Positions 40,418 through 51,597 of a stretch of DNA of 64,000 bases are shown in pieces. Source of the stretch: Ignavibacteria bacterium (lineage in GTDB: Bacteria; Bacteroidota; Ignavibacteria; Kapaibacteriales; UBA2268); the NCBI GenBank assembly GCA_012518115.1, contig JAAYTD010000043.1, positions 25,211 to 89,210 of the forward strand. Direction: 5' to 3'. The notes beneath the pieces are model-generated. The model made no database searches. It saw only the letters and a program-made list of their open reading frames with translations, and was not told the DNA's origin. The position numbers were made by a program, and so were the translations under genes. Positions within the stretch are counted from its first letter, which is position 1. Every line of letters begins with the position of its first letter.

Positions 40418-40945
40418 TTATTTCAAATTATCTTTCAAAAAATCAAATACTTCTTTTAGGCTTGAAAAAATAAAATCTGCTTCTGGAATATCAGCATAAT
40501 CGCCCATTAATATAGTTTTTGTTTTCGCAGCTTTTCCAGCAACAACATCTGAAACAGCATCACCAAGCATCCAACTTTCTTCAGGTGATATTTTATATTT
40601 TTCTATAGCTTCTAAAATCATACCCGGCGCTGGCTTTCTCCGAAAACTGTTACTACTTGCCAAATCAGGTGCAACATAAATTGCATCAAACTTTTCACCA
40701 GTTCTTTTTACTAGCTCCGTTTGCATAAAATCATGAATATGATTTAACTCATCTTCCGTAATAATTTTTTTCCCTATACACTGTTGATTTGTAATTAAAA
40801 TTTTCAAATATTTTCTCTCACTAGCTAGTGAAAAAATAGGAAAAAAATCTTCCAAAAATTGAAATTCATCTATGTTTTTTACATAATCGCCTATCAATCT
40901 TCTATTAACTATACCGTCTCTATCAAAAAAAAATGCTTTTTCCAT
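40418..40945 (-). CDS. gmhB: HAD-IIIA phosphatase (D,D-heptose 1,7-bisphosphate phosphatase-like)
   Basis: FFDRDG.VN, ITNQ, RKPAPGM, MLGD..SD..AG. Confidence 0.8.
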   Translation of the reverse strand: MEKAFFFDRDGIVNRRLIGDYVKNIDEFQFLEDFFPIFSLASERKYLKILITNQQCIGKKIITEDELNHIHDFMQTELVKRTGEKFDAIYVAPDLASSNSFRRKPAPGMILEAIEKYKISPEESWMLGDAVSDVVAGKAAKTKTILMGDYADIPEADFIFSSLKEVFDFLKDNLK

Positions 40946-40980
40946 TTTTAATAATTTAAAATATTATATAAACAAAAATA

Positions 40981-42180
40981 CTACAAATTTTGAATTATAT
41001 CATCTATTTGCGAAAAAATAATCTCCCAAGAGTGTTTTCTTTCTATTAACTGCCTTGCATTGCTTGCAATTTTACGCGCAAAATCTTCAGAAGATAAAAT
41101 TTCAATGGCACGTTCTGCAAGTTCAGCAGAATCATTAGCTAATAAAACTTCTTCATTGTTTTTTGCTTCAATCCCTTGATTTCCTGTTTTCGTTGTAACA
41201 ACAGGACAACCAGCAGCCATAGCTTCTAAAAGTTTATTTTGTATGCCCGAACCACCCGAATGCGGATGCAAAAACAGATTTGCCTGTTGCAAATATGGTA
41301 ACATATCAGGGACATTTGCTACAACTTGAATATCTTTATCTCTTAACATAAGTAAAGACTTAGGAGGATTTGCACCTACGATTTGAAGTTTTGCATCTGG
41401 AACTTTAGCTTTAATAATAGGAAAGATTTCGCCAACTATCTTTTTAGTCATAAGCACATTCGCCCAAACATCAAGCTTTCCCGCAAACAAAATAGTTCTC
41501 TGCGTCCAATCTTTATTTTCTAAAGGAAAAAATTTTGATATATCCGCACCATTTGTTAAAAGCTTATAGCAAGGAGCTGGATTTTGTTTACGCATTTCAT
41601 TTATATCGTCATTTGTAACAAGAGTAACGACATCGAAATGATTGACAATTTCAGGTTCGTAAACTTTAAGACGATTGTATTCCCATTTTCTAACTATCTT
41701 TTGCACAAAATTTGTTGAATTTTCCCAAGAACGCTTTTGGTATAATGTTCGACAGTCTTCACACATCAAAACTTTCTTCAAATCTGCCGATTTTATATAT
41801 TCAGCAGAACGCATAAAAAATGAAAATGCAATGTCAAAATCACGCTCTTTTAAGAGCTCGTCAACTATTTTTCTATATTTTTTTTGAGTATAATATAAAA
41901 TTTCTAACGGTGCTTTCAGTAGTCGTGGTATAATGCTAATTGCAGCTTTTACAGGATATAAAGGAATTACAAAAACCTCAACACCAAGCTTTCTTATCTC
42001 TTCAACATAGCTATCTCTTTTGTTTTGGTCACCTTGAAAAAAGGAAACCAACGTTACTTTATGTTTTTCAGCCAAATGTTTTATTGTATAGTAAGCTTTT
42101 AATTTATCTCCACCTATTATAGGAAAAGGCAAGCGAGGTGTTAGAAATAGTATTTGCTTTTGCTGCTCAGTCTTTTTCAT
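40981..42180 (-). CDS. Glycosyltransferase family 4 protein
   Basis: R.PFP..GGDK, ILFAGKLD..AN, GSGIQNKLLEAMAAGCPVVTT. Confidence 0.9.
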   Translation of the reverse strand: MKKTEQQKQILFLTPRLPFPIIGGDKLKAYYTIKHLAEKHKVTLVSFFQGDQNKRDSYVEEIRKLGVEVFVIPLYPVKAAISIIPRLLKAPLEILYYTQKKYRKIVDELLKERDFDIAFSFFMRSAEYIKSADLKKVLMCEDCRTLYQKRSWENSTNFVQKIVRKWEYNRLKVYEPEIVNHFDVVTLVTNDDINEMRKQNPAPCYKLLTNGADISKFFPLENKDWTQRTILFAGKLDVWANVLMTKKIVGEIFPIIKAKVPDAKLQIVGANPPKSLLMLRDKDIQVVANVPDMLPYLQQANLFLHPHSGGSGIQNKLLEAMAAGCPVVTTKTGNQGIEAKNNEEVLLANDSAELAERAIEILSSEDFARKIASNARQLIERKHSWEIIFSQIDDIIQNL

Positions 42181-42188
42181 TTTTCTAA

Positions 42189-45100
42189 CTAAATTCTTAT
42201 TTTAACAATTGCATTATCTATTTTTTCTTTAATCATATCTTCTATATTTTGCTTTTCCGAATAATGAAATTTATATTCAATAAAGCAGTTTTCTACTTTT
42301 TCATTTTTATTGATATTATCTATAAGAAATAATTTTACTGCATATTCTTCTTGTTCGGGAAATAGACTCATTAAGAAACAGCTATAAATTTCAGCTTGTA
42401 ACTCGTAAATTTTCTTCATATTATCTATTTTTTCCTGTGAATATATTACATTAGTTTTCCAATCCCAAACTTCATATTTACCGTCTAAATTTTTTATCAA
42501 ACAATCAAGAGCACCTGTAACAAAATTATCATCTATAGCTAGTGTTAAATCATATTCAAATTTTGCATCTGCTAAATTATGTCGCAAAATTTCATTAACA
42601 AAATCTATTTCTACCGTCTTCTTGCAGTTTTGTATTACTTCATTTTTGAGTTTATCGCTCAATTCACAGTTCAACTCATAAGATACTTCATCTACTATTT
42701 TTCTTAAATTTTCTTGGCATACACTTCCATTTATAAACCAACTTCTTAATTGTTCAAAAACTTTATGATATAAATTACCTTTGTCTAGAGCTGACAATCC
42801 TATGTTTTCCGTCAGTGAAAAAGTTTTTTCGTCCAAAAAATAATCACTACTTAGTTTGTGAAGTCCTATTTTGTTTTTAAAAAACTCATCAGCTGCGGTT
42901 TCATATACATTGTTCAACATATTATCACATCTAGTTAGTGAAGAAAATGAAAATATTTTCCCTGTTTCAGAATATATTACATCATCATTAAAATAGACCT
43001 GTACATTATTTCCATCTATTTTAATATGTTCTTCTTGGTAATTTTCTTTTACATTGTCATTATTATCATTAAAAATAATTTCAATTTCTTCATTTGTTTT
43101 TTTAGATTCATGTCCTAACAATTTGAGTTCTAATTCAACTGTTTGTTTCCATTGCGGTTTTTTTTCACATAGCTCTATAAGTCCACCTATCTCCCATTCA
43201 AGTCCGTCAAAAAAGAAGCTAAAAGCTGGATTTAGTTTTTGCCACCCCTCTTTTGTTTTTTTAACAGTTCCTGAAATAACTAGCTGCCTTTCTGCTCGCG
43301 TTGTTGCAACATATATTAGACGTTGCAGCTCTTCATCTTCTGCTTGTTGTTCATATTTCTTAGAAATTTTTGCCACTAAGTTCGTTATTTCTTTAGAGCC
43401 AAGCCCTGCTTCATTTAGCTCTGGAGAAAAGCTAATTCCATTTTTTTTATCAACAAATGGAGCTGATATATTAGCCGATCTTTGGTTCAATGAATATAAT
43501 ATTACGATAGGAAATTCTTTTCCTTTTGAAGAGTGAATTGTAAGTAACTTTACGGCTTCTTCATTACCTTCTTCTTCTGCTTCAGCTTCATTAGAAATTT
43601 CTATTAATCTATCTAATTCTCTTATAAAATCTGCATAAGAGACAAAGTCACGTTCTTGGAAATCGCGTGCTATTTCAACAAATTTTTCAATATTTTGAGT
43701 TATCTTTGTTGCATTTACTTTGTCTTTTTTTAGATAAGTCAGCCAATTTCCTGATCTTAGAAGTATTCTTAACAGATGAGAAATTGAAACTACTTGTGCT
43801 AAACTTAAAGCGTTACTCAGTTCTTCAACGGCAAATTTGATTTTACAGTTACTAGTTCCGTTTTTCTTATTGTTTTCTTGTAATTTTTCCCATAAATTAT
43901 CACCTTTTTCCATAAATATTTCGCAAAATTCATCATTGGAAATATTAAAGAAAGGTGAACGTAAAACACCAACTAAAGCTAAATCATTTGTTCGATCATT
44001 TACAAACTTCAAATAGTTTATTAAATCATACACTTCTTGTTGAGAATAGAAACCACCACCACTAATAATTTTATATGAAATGCCATTTTTTAAAAATTGA
44101 TATACTAATTCGGGCACTTTTGTTCGGGCACGATATAATATAGCTATATCTTGCGGTTTATTTCCTTCATTTAGTAATAATTTCACATAGTTAGCAACTT
44201 GTTCGGCTTCGTTCACATTCTCATCATCGCTTTCTCCACTTGTTGTTGTCAAAAGAAATTTCACCTCACCTAATTTCTTTTTTTCTTCGCTTGTCAAATC
44301 ATCTTTTAAGGCTAAATCTATATGTTCTTTGCGTCCACAAACTAAATCTGTATATTTTATACTTCCATCTTCGTTATTCTCATATTTAGCAAAATTTTTC
44401 TTACATATTTTATTAACAAAAGCTGCAATTACGGGCGTTAACCTAAAAGTTGTAGTCAAATTTAGACTTCCTAATACTTCTTCTTCGCTTGTAAACTCAC
44501 GGTTTTTCTTCAACTTACGTTCTTTGTTTTTTTCTTTAATTTCTTCGCGAGCTTTATTGAATATACTGACATCGGCATTGCGGAAACGATAAATACTTTG
44601 TTTGTCGTCGCCAACAATAAACAAATACGGCTGTTGTTCTATAGGTATATCTTCACGTAAAGCTAAACTTTTTACAATGTCATATTGTATCGCATTCGTA
44701 TCTTGAAATTCATCAATTAAAATATGAGTATAATTGTTTGCAACAGATTTTGCTATTTCAGGATTATCTAATAAATTTCTCGCTAAAATAAGCATATCAT
44801 CAAAATCTATTCCGCCTATTTTTCTTTTCTCTTCCATTGCGTAAAAGTCAGCAAGTTGAGCTATGTTAAACACCTCGCGTGCAAGTTGAAATTGTAACCT
44901 TACACTTCTATCATCAAATTTTTCAAGTTGTTCTAAAAGCGCGTTACGGTACTTAGAATCTGGAGAAAATATAGCGCCATTGAGCACAAGTTGCTTTATT
45001 CCACTTGTGTTCCACAAGTCATTTAGCAAGTAGCTAGCTCCTTTTTTTTCAGCATATACATCTATTACTTTCTGTTCTATTCCTTCAACTTGGTAGTTTT

Positions 45101-45914
45101 CAGCTTCACATATTTCAAGTATCGTTTCTTTTACCTTGTTGGGAATTTTATACTTTCCTTTATGCTTTTTTTTATACTCTATTTCACACTCTTCAAAATC
45201 TATTTGAGGCAATGATTCTTGAAAGTCAGAGAAAGCTTTATTTTGCAAACTATACACTTGTTCCCTTATTTGCTGCACATATTCTTCTTCTGGTTTATCG
45301 TATATGCTTTTCAACTCTTTCCATATATCGCGTTTATAAAGCAGTTTTACTATTATATCATAAATAAATTTATATTTATAATCAACAAATAATTTTTCGC
45401 GAATTTCTTCCTCTATTTTAAAATTTAACTCTCCAAATTCTAACGAATTTTGTGTTTCTAAATAAGTATTTATAGCATCAGAAACTGCGGTATTCAATAT
45501 TAAGTTTTGTTTGTAATCATCAAGTGCAGTAAAATTAGGCGGCAAGTTAGCTTCTTGCGGATAGTCACGCAGTATGTTCAAACAAAAGCTATGCGTTGTT
45601 AAGATATTTGCATATACAAGCTGTCGCTTTAATTTATTATATTTCTTTTTTTGCTCTAAATCACTTGTTGTATCGCCAAGTTCTGTTATTTTTTCATCAA
45701 TATTTTTGATAACGCGTTGCTTCATTTCAGCAGCTGCTTGCTCTGTAAAAGTTATAGCTAGTATGTTTTGAGGTGATAGTTCTTCTGGTAGATTTTCAAC
45801 TATTTTCAAATATCTATCTACCAAAACTTTTGTCTTTCCTGAGCCAGCATTAGCTGTTACAACAAGATGACGATCTAATTCAAGTGCTTTTTTTTGTTCG
45901 GAAGTTAAATTCAT
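42189..45914 (-). CDS. addA: AddA/RecB-like UvrD helicase with C-terminal PD-(D/E)xK nuclease
   Basis: ANAGSGKT, AITFT..AA.EM, DEFQDTN, VGDDKQSIYRFRNAD, LTIHSSKGKEF, YVATTRA; GNLYH and GALD...WDWKT nuclease motifs. Confidence 0.88.
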   Translation of the reverse strand: MNLTSEQKKALELDRHLVVTANAGSGKTKVLVDRYLKIVENLPEELSPQNILAITFTEQAAAEMKQRVIKNIDEKITELGDTTSDLEQKKKYNKLKRQLVYANILTTHSFCLNILRDYPQEANLPPNFTALDDYKQNLILNTAVSDAINTYLETQNSLEFGELNFKIEEEIREKLFVDYKYKFIYDIIVKLLYKRDIWKELKSIYDKPEEEYVQQIREQVYSLQNKAFSDFQESLPQIDFEECEIEYKKKHKGKYKIPNKVKETILEICEAENYQVEGIEQKVIDVYAEKKGASYLLNDLWNTSGIKQLVLNGAIFSPDSKYRNALLEQLEKFDDRSVRLQFQLAREVFNIAQLADFYAMEEKRKIGGIDFDDMLILARNLLDNPEIAKSVANNYTHILIDEFQDTNAIQYDIVKSLALREDIPIEQQPYLFIVGDDKQSIYRFRNADVSIFNKAREEIKEKNKERKLKKNREFTSEEEVLGSLNLTTTFRLTPVIAAFVNKICKKNFAKYENNEDGSIKYTDLVCGRKEHIDLALKDDLTSEEKKKLGEVKFLLTTTSGESDDENVNEAEQVANYVKLLLNEGNKPQDIAILYRARTKVPELVYQFLKNGISYKIISGGGFYSQQEVYDLINYLKFVNDRTNDLALVGVLRSPFFNISNDEFCEIFMEKGDNLWEKLQENNKKNGTSNCKIKFAVEELSNALSLAQVVSISHLLRILLRSGNWLTYLKKDKVNATKITQNIEKFVEIARDFQERDFVSYADFIRELDRLIEISNEAEAEEEGNEEAVKLLTIHSSKGKEFPIVILYSLNQRSANISAPFVDKKNGISFSPELNEAGLGSKEITNLVAKISKKYEQQAEDEELQRLIYVATTRAERQLVISGTVKKTKEGWQKLNPAFSFFFDGLEWEIGGLIELCEKKPQWKQTVELELKLLGHESKKTNEEIEIIFNDNNDNVKENYQEEHIKIDGNNVQVYFNDDVIYSETGKIFSFSSLTRCDNMLNNVYETAADEFFKNKIGLHKLSSDYFLDEKTFSLTENIGLSALDKGNLYHKVFEQLRSWFINGSVCQENLRKIVDEVSYELNCELSDKLKNEVIQNCKKTVEIDFVNEILRHNLADAKFEYDLTLAIDDNFVTGALDCLIKNLDGKYEVWDWKTNVIYSQEKIDNMKKIYELQAEIYSCFLMSLFPEQEEYAVKLFLIDNINKNEKVENCFIEYKFHYSEKQNIEDMIKEKIDNAIVKIRI

Positions 45915-46032
45915 AGTGTTTTTTAACTACAAATATATCAAAATTTATTTAAAATAAGGCTTTAATCCAACAAATTCAACTATCGAATTAAAACCTTTTC
46001 AAATTTAATTTCACCTAAATAATTCTAAATTG

Positions 46033-46812
46033 CTATTCTTGTTCTTTTTTTTCTTGTGTAGCTAACAATTTTTCTATATGGCTTTTATATTGCCCGTTCG
46101 GAAACAATCTGTTGTACGTGCCTATTGCGATATTAGCTTCTTCTTTACGTCCCATTATCAGTAAGACTTCTATTTTGCCAACAATAGAAAGTTCAAAAAA
46201 TGAGGTGTCATCGTAATCGTTAATTACGCTATCGTAATAAATTAAAGCAGAATGAGGACTTTCTAAAGTTTTATATAATTCAGCTATTTTAAATTCTTTT
46301 TCACCCAATTTATTGCGTAATTCTTGTATGAATTTTGAAGCATTTTCATAAAGCGAATCTTTTTCAGGATAATAGAACTGGAACTCTTGAAATGTTTTAA
46401 TAGCTCTTTTTGTATAATCTTGGTCTTTTTCGGCAGATGGCGACAAAAGATATTGCGAATATCCGCTTTTATAATGTGAAATTTTTGCATACTCACTGCC
46501 GGGATACATAGATTTCAATCTGTTATAATTAAAGCTTGCTAATATATACTCTTTGCGCTTGAAATAAATCTCAGCAAGATAATACTGAGCATCGTCAGCG
46601 TAGTTACTAGCTGGATATTGCAATTTTATCATATCAAAAAAAGTTTGCGCTTCTAAATAGTCTTTATTGTTGAACAATCGCATACCTTCATTAAAAGCTT
46701 CCTCCGCATTTTTAGGTTCGAAAGATTTTAAGTTTGAACAAGCTGCAATAAAAATAGCTATAGCTAGCAGAATTATTATATTGACGAGTTTTGTTATATT
46801 TAATTTTTGCAT
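46033..46812 (-). CDS. bamD: Outer-membrane protein assembly factor BamD (lipoprotein)
   Basis: Lipobox IAAC; TPR repeats; YP.S, DQDYT..AI..FQ.F...YP, KL..KE..IA..Y. Confidence 0.88.
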   Translation of the reverse strand: MQKLNITKLVNIIILLAIAIFIAACSNLKSFEPKNAEEAFNEGMRLFNNKDYLEAQTFFDMIKLQYPASNYADDAQYYLAEIYFKRKEYILASFNYNRLKSMYPGSEYAKISHYKSGYSQYLLSPSAEKDQDYTKRAIKTFQEFQFYYPEKDSLYENASKFIQELRNKLGEKEFKIAELYKTLESPHSALIYYDSVINDYDDTSFFELSIVGKIEVLLIMGRKEEANIAIGTYNRLFPNGQYKSHIEKLLATQEKKEQE

Positions 46813-46917
46813 TCTTACTTCTAAAAAAATAATTATAAAAATAATGATATTTTATAAAAAAAACAATCATAAATTAAGAAATCAATTGTCAATTGATAAA
46901 AACTGTTTATTAAGAAT

Positions 46918-49900
46918 TTACCAACTTCCATCAAGTTTTAACTTAACTTCCCAATTTTTTAGATTATTATCAAATACTACAGAATTTATATCAGTATATT
47001 TTGCAATTTGCAACATAAGATTGTCAAATCCTTTTGACTTAATTACAATAGGAACATCAATCGATATACTGTAATTTGATGATATATCACCAATGTTTCC
47101 GCCTAATGTCCAATTAGCAAATCCGCCTAATGTTCCGGATATTTTTACTTCTGCCGAATTAAAACTATCTCCAGCAAATTGTAAATTTGCACTTTGCACT
47201 ACACCTGTTTTCATAAGTAAATCCGTCAAAGTTTTAGAAGCAAATTGAGAAGCAAACATATTTGCACCTTCATTTACTAAACTTTGTGAAGCGCTCTCCG
47301 AATATCCGTTTAATCTTCCTGTTGTTAGCAAAATAAACGCATTTTCTTCAATTTGTTTTCTGTCGCCAGTAGCTTCTTCGCCATTTAAGGCATAGGACAA
47401 AGTCAGTTTAGGATTTGTTGCACTTCCCAAAATTTTTGCAAAAACGGAAAAATTAATATAGTTGTTACTATTATCTAACATTCGTCCCTTATATTCAGCA
47501 GTCAAATTGAGTTCAGGACGCGAAATTCTTGCACTCGGGAAAGAAATTGTTCCGCGTGCCGCCATAGAACGCATAATTTGGACATTAGAACCTTCTAACA
47601 CTTCTATATTGCCACCTAATATCTTAGCTTCCGCTTGCTCTCTATCTTTCAAATAACGAATTGGCTTAGAAGGATCTGAAGTTCCGACACGCGCAAAAAT
47701 AGTTCCTATATTTCCTAAATCCAACAGAATTGCGAAGTTTTTAATGCGTACATAGAGATCAATATTCAATAAATCAACAAATTCTTCTCCATTTTGAGAC
47801 GCTAGTTTGTTTTGCAAAAGCGTATCAACAGCATTAGTATCACGATATGAAATCGTTGTAATTCTAATAGTATCTTTATTTATATAATTAAATTTCGTTT
47901 TTCGTTTAACCACACCTGAATTCAATATTTGAGGCATTTTCATATCTGCTTCTAAAATTACAACTTCGCCACTTAAATTCGGGTGTGTCAAAGTACCGAA
48001 AAATCTAATAGGCTTGCTCTCTGTTGCTATAACTAAGTTACCGTAAAGCCAAGGCATAACTGTAGCAGTTTGCTGATTCATAACTAAAAATTTATTTGTT
48101 GAAAGATAAATATCAAGATATTCTAAATTTAGATCTTTCAACTTAACTTCACCATTAGCAGATGCTTCACCATTTTTTAAATCTGATATATGATTTTTTA
48201 TTTTCAGATTTTCAAAATAAATTCTATCTGTTTCTAAATTTATATCGCCAGAAACTTGATAAAAAACATTTGTTGCCAGCAGTCGCAAAGCTAAATTGTG
48301 AAGTGATATTTTACCGTTATATGCAATTTTATCGGAAAGAGTTCCTGTAACATTTATTTTGCCGTCAACTAAACCGCTTACGTTGTCAATCATTGGCACA
48401 AAAGAAGATAAAATATCCACAGGAAGCTTAGCTAAGTTTACATTTACATCTAATTCCCGATTGTCAAACATTGGCTTTCCATCTTGCAGCCCTAAATATA
48501 TCGGAATAGAATTAGCTAACAACTCAAAAAGCTCTTTTTCATCATTGCTAAATACGTGAGCGCTTCCTTTTATTTCTTCATCTGAATAATTGAAGTTAGC
48601 ATTAAATGCCCCAATTTTTTGTTTATCGTAAACAATATTTTTCACAAGTAAATCTAATTGAGCCACAGGCGCATCAAAAGTTCCGTTTAAGACTAACTTA
48701 AGCGAATCCAATTGAGCAAATAAATTTAAATTATCTTGATTGTTTTTCTCTAAAACAATTTGATTAACATCATTAAATTCAAAGTTCTTAACTAATACTG
48801 TCATATCATTGAAATTTGAACTTTTTATATTTCCGAAAAGAGAAATTTCCTCTTTTTCATCTCGAATAATTTTGCAATTGTCTATCGTTAATCCGTCTGT
48901 TGAAACATTAGCTTCTATAGGATTTTTATTATGCCATTTCAAATCATAATAAAATAAATCAAACTGTCCAATACTAGCTACTAGTTTATCCTCTCCAAAA
49001 GTAACCGTACTAGCTATTTGTGTTTTAAGAAAATCACTATATTTCCCTGCTAAATCAACCAAAAATTCTTGCCCGTTAAAATATGTTGAAAAAGACAAAG
49101 AGTCTAACATATGACCTGCGATATTTATTTTATTTCCGTTCTTTATACTAATTTGCATTTTATCCAAATCCAAAAGAGAATCAGCAGTGTTCAAATGCGT
49201 AGCACCTTGAATTGTTAAAGTAGAAATCTGGAATTCATTTTCTTCATAGCTTACATCTAAATTTTCAATCTGCAAAGAATCTATTTTCAGCAAGCTCTCA
49301 TTTTTATTTGAAGTAAAGCTTAGTTCTGCACCAATACCTAAGGAGCTAGCTTCAAACTCTGGAATAAATATCGTTAAAAAAGATAGATCTCTAATGTCTA
49401 ATTTTATATTTGCATCTAAATTCTGGAAGTTTTGCTTCGTGTACAAAGTTGTTTCCACTTGTTTTTCCGCACTTATTTGAGACGAAGCAACCTCGACTTT
49501 ATCGTTAATAAATTTTGCCACCCCTTTAGAATGGTCTAAAATATTATCTATTAAATCCGTAAGTTTGTAGTTTCCATTTATAGTTACAGAAAAGATATCG
49601 CTAAAAATATTATCACATTCAAGACTTATTGTTTTTCCTACTTCATCATTACTAAATTTTCCTACAACTTGCATAGGTAATAAACTTTTGTTGTGAAAGT
49701 TTACTCTTGTTAAATCCACATAAAAATCGCCTAACATTTCATTTACATCAATACCTTGCATATCTAAACTTATTTGACTATCAAAAGCTATAGGTAAATT
49801 TTTTGCAAAATCGGCGTTATTTTCATCTAAAACAACAAATAATTCTTCTAAATTTATATTTGAAAAACCTAAATCAAGAGAAAAATGAGGTGAATCAAAA

Positions 49901-51570
49901 GACTTAATACCTATTCCACCTACAATTGATATTCTGCTTTTCTCAACAGCTTGCACAGTATCTTTTATCAAAATTTCTGTTCCGCCGAACGCAGAATTAT
50001 CAATTTTTTCAAAAATATTGGGATTTTCTAAAACAACAATATCTATATTTGAAATAACCAAAGTATCGCCCTCAACCTGACATTGCAATTTACTTTGTCC
50101 TAAATTATACCTTAGTAGCTTTGAAGGCAAGATGTCGGCTTCTAATTTCGCAAAAATCTGCTTTTCTTCTATTCCTTTCCCGACAAGTGAAATTGAGGTA
50201 TTAAGCGAAGTATAGATTTCTGGTTTATTTAGTATCTTTCCAATATTCAAGTTTCTGGTATCTAAATTAATGTTGTAAGAAAACGGTTGCTTTCCAAAAC
50301 CTACTTCCACATTGCCAAAAACTGCTCCTAAATCAGTCTTGATATCTAATTTTGAATAAATACTATCAACTGTGCCGAAAAAACGTAGTTCATCTATTTT
50401 TACTTTACCGAGATTTGGGATTGCTGTTAAATCAATATTTTTCAAAATCTTCGGCAAATAATTACGATTTATTTTAGTTGATTTAAAAACTCCCGAATAA
50501 GTTAAGCTATCAGGTTCTAATAAATTTGTTAACTTACATTCCGAAAGTTTAATATGTGAATCATAAGTATCTAAGAAAATTTTATCTATGTTGAGTTCGT
50601 TAAACGTACCATTTACCGAAATTTCCATATTTTCAACTTTGCCGATACGCACAGGCATAATCGAGAAATAATCTATAACTTCAGGATTAAATTTATCGCT
50701 TGAAAGTTGGAGCTCCATCAATGCTTTTTCAATATCTTCATTTCCCGAAGAAAAAAGATCGTAATTTTCTAATTTAACATAGCACTCAATTTTAGAATCA
50801 TCTAAATTTAATTTCAGATTTTTAGCTTCTATTTTATCGGAGCTCAACTCTGCATCTACTGCTAATTGCTTGATATTGCAGCCCGATACTTCTTCGGTAG
50901 CAGATAAATTTTCAATAGAAGTCGCAAACCGCATATTTTCCAAACAAATATTTGTATTTGCGATTTTAGTGTTCAGATTAGACAAAACAAATTTTTCAAA
51001 ATTAATTTTTCCGCCACTTTCCTCACTAGCTACAGAATCCCACATCGCAAAGTAAGCATTTTCTAAAACTATTTCTTTAATGTTAAATTTAAGTTTTGTA
51101 GGCTCGGTAGAAACTGTTGTATCTGTTGAGGGAGCTACTATTTTATCGTAATTCCACAAGCTATCTTTCAGGGAACGCAACAACTTTATTCGTGGCGATT
51201 TCAATTTCAAATAATTTATGTCAATATTTCCTCTGAAAATTTCTTCAAAGTTCAAGTTAATTTCAATTTCAGGTATACTAGCTAGTGTGTCATTGGCAGT
51301 AATTATTTGGACTTCTTGCAACGCAATTCCATTTAATCCAAGCAGATGGATGTCGTTTAATTTTACATCTGCTATCAAAAAATTATTTGCAATATCTGTT
51401 AATTTGCCAATAAAGTATTGTCTTGCTGATTGAGAATTTGAAAGTACAACAAGAAATATTGCCGCTAAAATTGCAAAAATAACAACGCATTTTATTCCAA
51501 AACTCATAATTTTTCGGAATAAAATGCATTTTTTGTTATCAGATTTTTTAGAGACTTCGTTCTGTTGCAT
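46918..51570 (-). CDS. tamB: Translocation and assembly module TamB-like (AsmA/DUF490) protein
   Basis: Single N-terminal TM anchor, long beta-rich body, GT...P.L.G repeats and DUF490-like C-terminal region. Confidence 0.75.
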   Translation of the reverse strand: MQQNEVSKKSDNKKCILFRKIMSFGIKCVVIFAILAAIFLVVLSNSQSARQYFIGKLTDIANNFLIADVKLNDIHLLGLNGIALQEVQIITANDTLASIPEIEINLNFEEIFRGNIDINYLKLKSPRIKLLRSLKDSLWNYDKIVAPSTDTTVSTEPTKLKFNIKEIVLENAYFAMWDSVASEESGGKINFEKFVLSNLNTKIANTNICLENMRFATSIENLSATEEVSGCNIKQLAVDAELSSDKIEAKNLKLNLDDSKIECYVKLENYDLFSSGNEDIEKALMELQLSSDKFNPEVIDYFSIMPVRIGKVENMEISVNGTFNELNIDKIFLDTYDSHIKLSECKLTNLLEPDSLTYSGVFKSTKINRNYLPKILKNIDLTAIPNLGKVKIDELRFFGTVDSIYSKLDIKTDLGAVFGNVEVGFGKQPFSYNINLDTRNLNIGKILNKPEIYTSLNTSISLVGKGIEEKQIFAKLEADILPSKLLRYNLGQSKLQCQVEGDTLVISNIDIVVLENPNIFEKIDNSAFGGTEILIKDTVQAVEKSRISIVGGIGIKSFDSPHFSLDLGFSNINLEELFVVLDENNADFAKNLPIAFDSQISLDMQGIDVNEMLGDFYVDLTRVNFHNKSLLPMQVVGKFSNDEVGKTISLECDNIFSDIFSVTINGNYKLTDLIDNILDHSKGVAKFINDKVEVASSQISAEKQVETTLYTKQNFQNLDANIKLDIRDLSFLTIFIPEFEASSLGIGAELSFTSNKNESLLKIDSLQIENLDVSYEENEFQISTLTIQGATHLNTADSLLDLDKMQISIKNGNKINIAGHMLDSLSFSTYFNGQEFLVDLAGKYSDFLKTQIASTVTFGEDKLVASIGQFDLFYYDLKWHNKNPIEANVSTDGLTIDNCKIIRDEKEEISLFGNIKSSNFNDMTVLVKNFEFNDVNQIVLEKNNQDNLNLFAQLDSLKLVLNGTFDAPVAQLDLLVKNIVYDKQKIGAFNANFNYSDEEIKGSAHVFSNDEKELFELLANSIPIYLGLQDGKPMFDNRELDVNVNLAKLPVDILSSFVPMIDNVSGLVDGKINVTGTLSDKIAYNGKISLHNLALRLLATNVFYQVSGDINLETDRIYFENLKIKNHISDLKNGEASANGEVKLKDLNLEYLDIYLSTNKFLVMNQQTATVMPWLYGNLVIATESKPIRFFGTLTHPNLSGEVVILEADMKMPQILNSGVVKRKTKFNYINKDTIRITTISYRDTNAVDTLLQNKLASQNGEEFVDLLNIDLYVRIKNFAILLDLGNIGTIFARVGTSDPSKPIRYLKDREQAEAKILGGNIEVLEGSNVQIMRSMAARGTISFPSARISRPELNLTAEYKGRMLDNSNNYINFSVFAKILGSATNPKLTLSYALNGEEATGDRKQIEENAFILLTTGRLNGYSESASQSLVNEGANMFASQFASKTLTDLLMKTGVVQSANLQFAGDSFNSAEVKISGTLGGFANWTLGGNIGDISSNYSISIDVPIVIKSKGFDNLMLQIAKYTDINSVVFDNNLKNWEVKLKLDGSW

Positions 51571-51597
51571 AAAATTTGAATTGTCAAATTAAATTGT

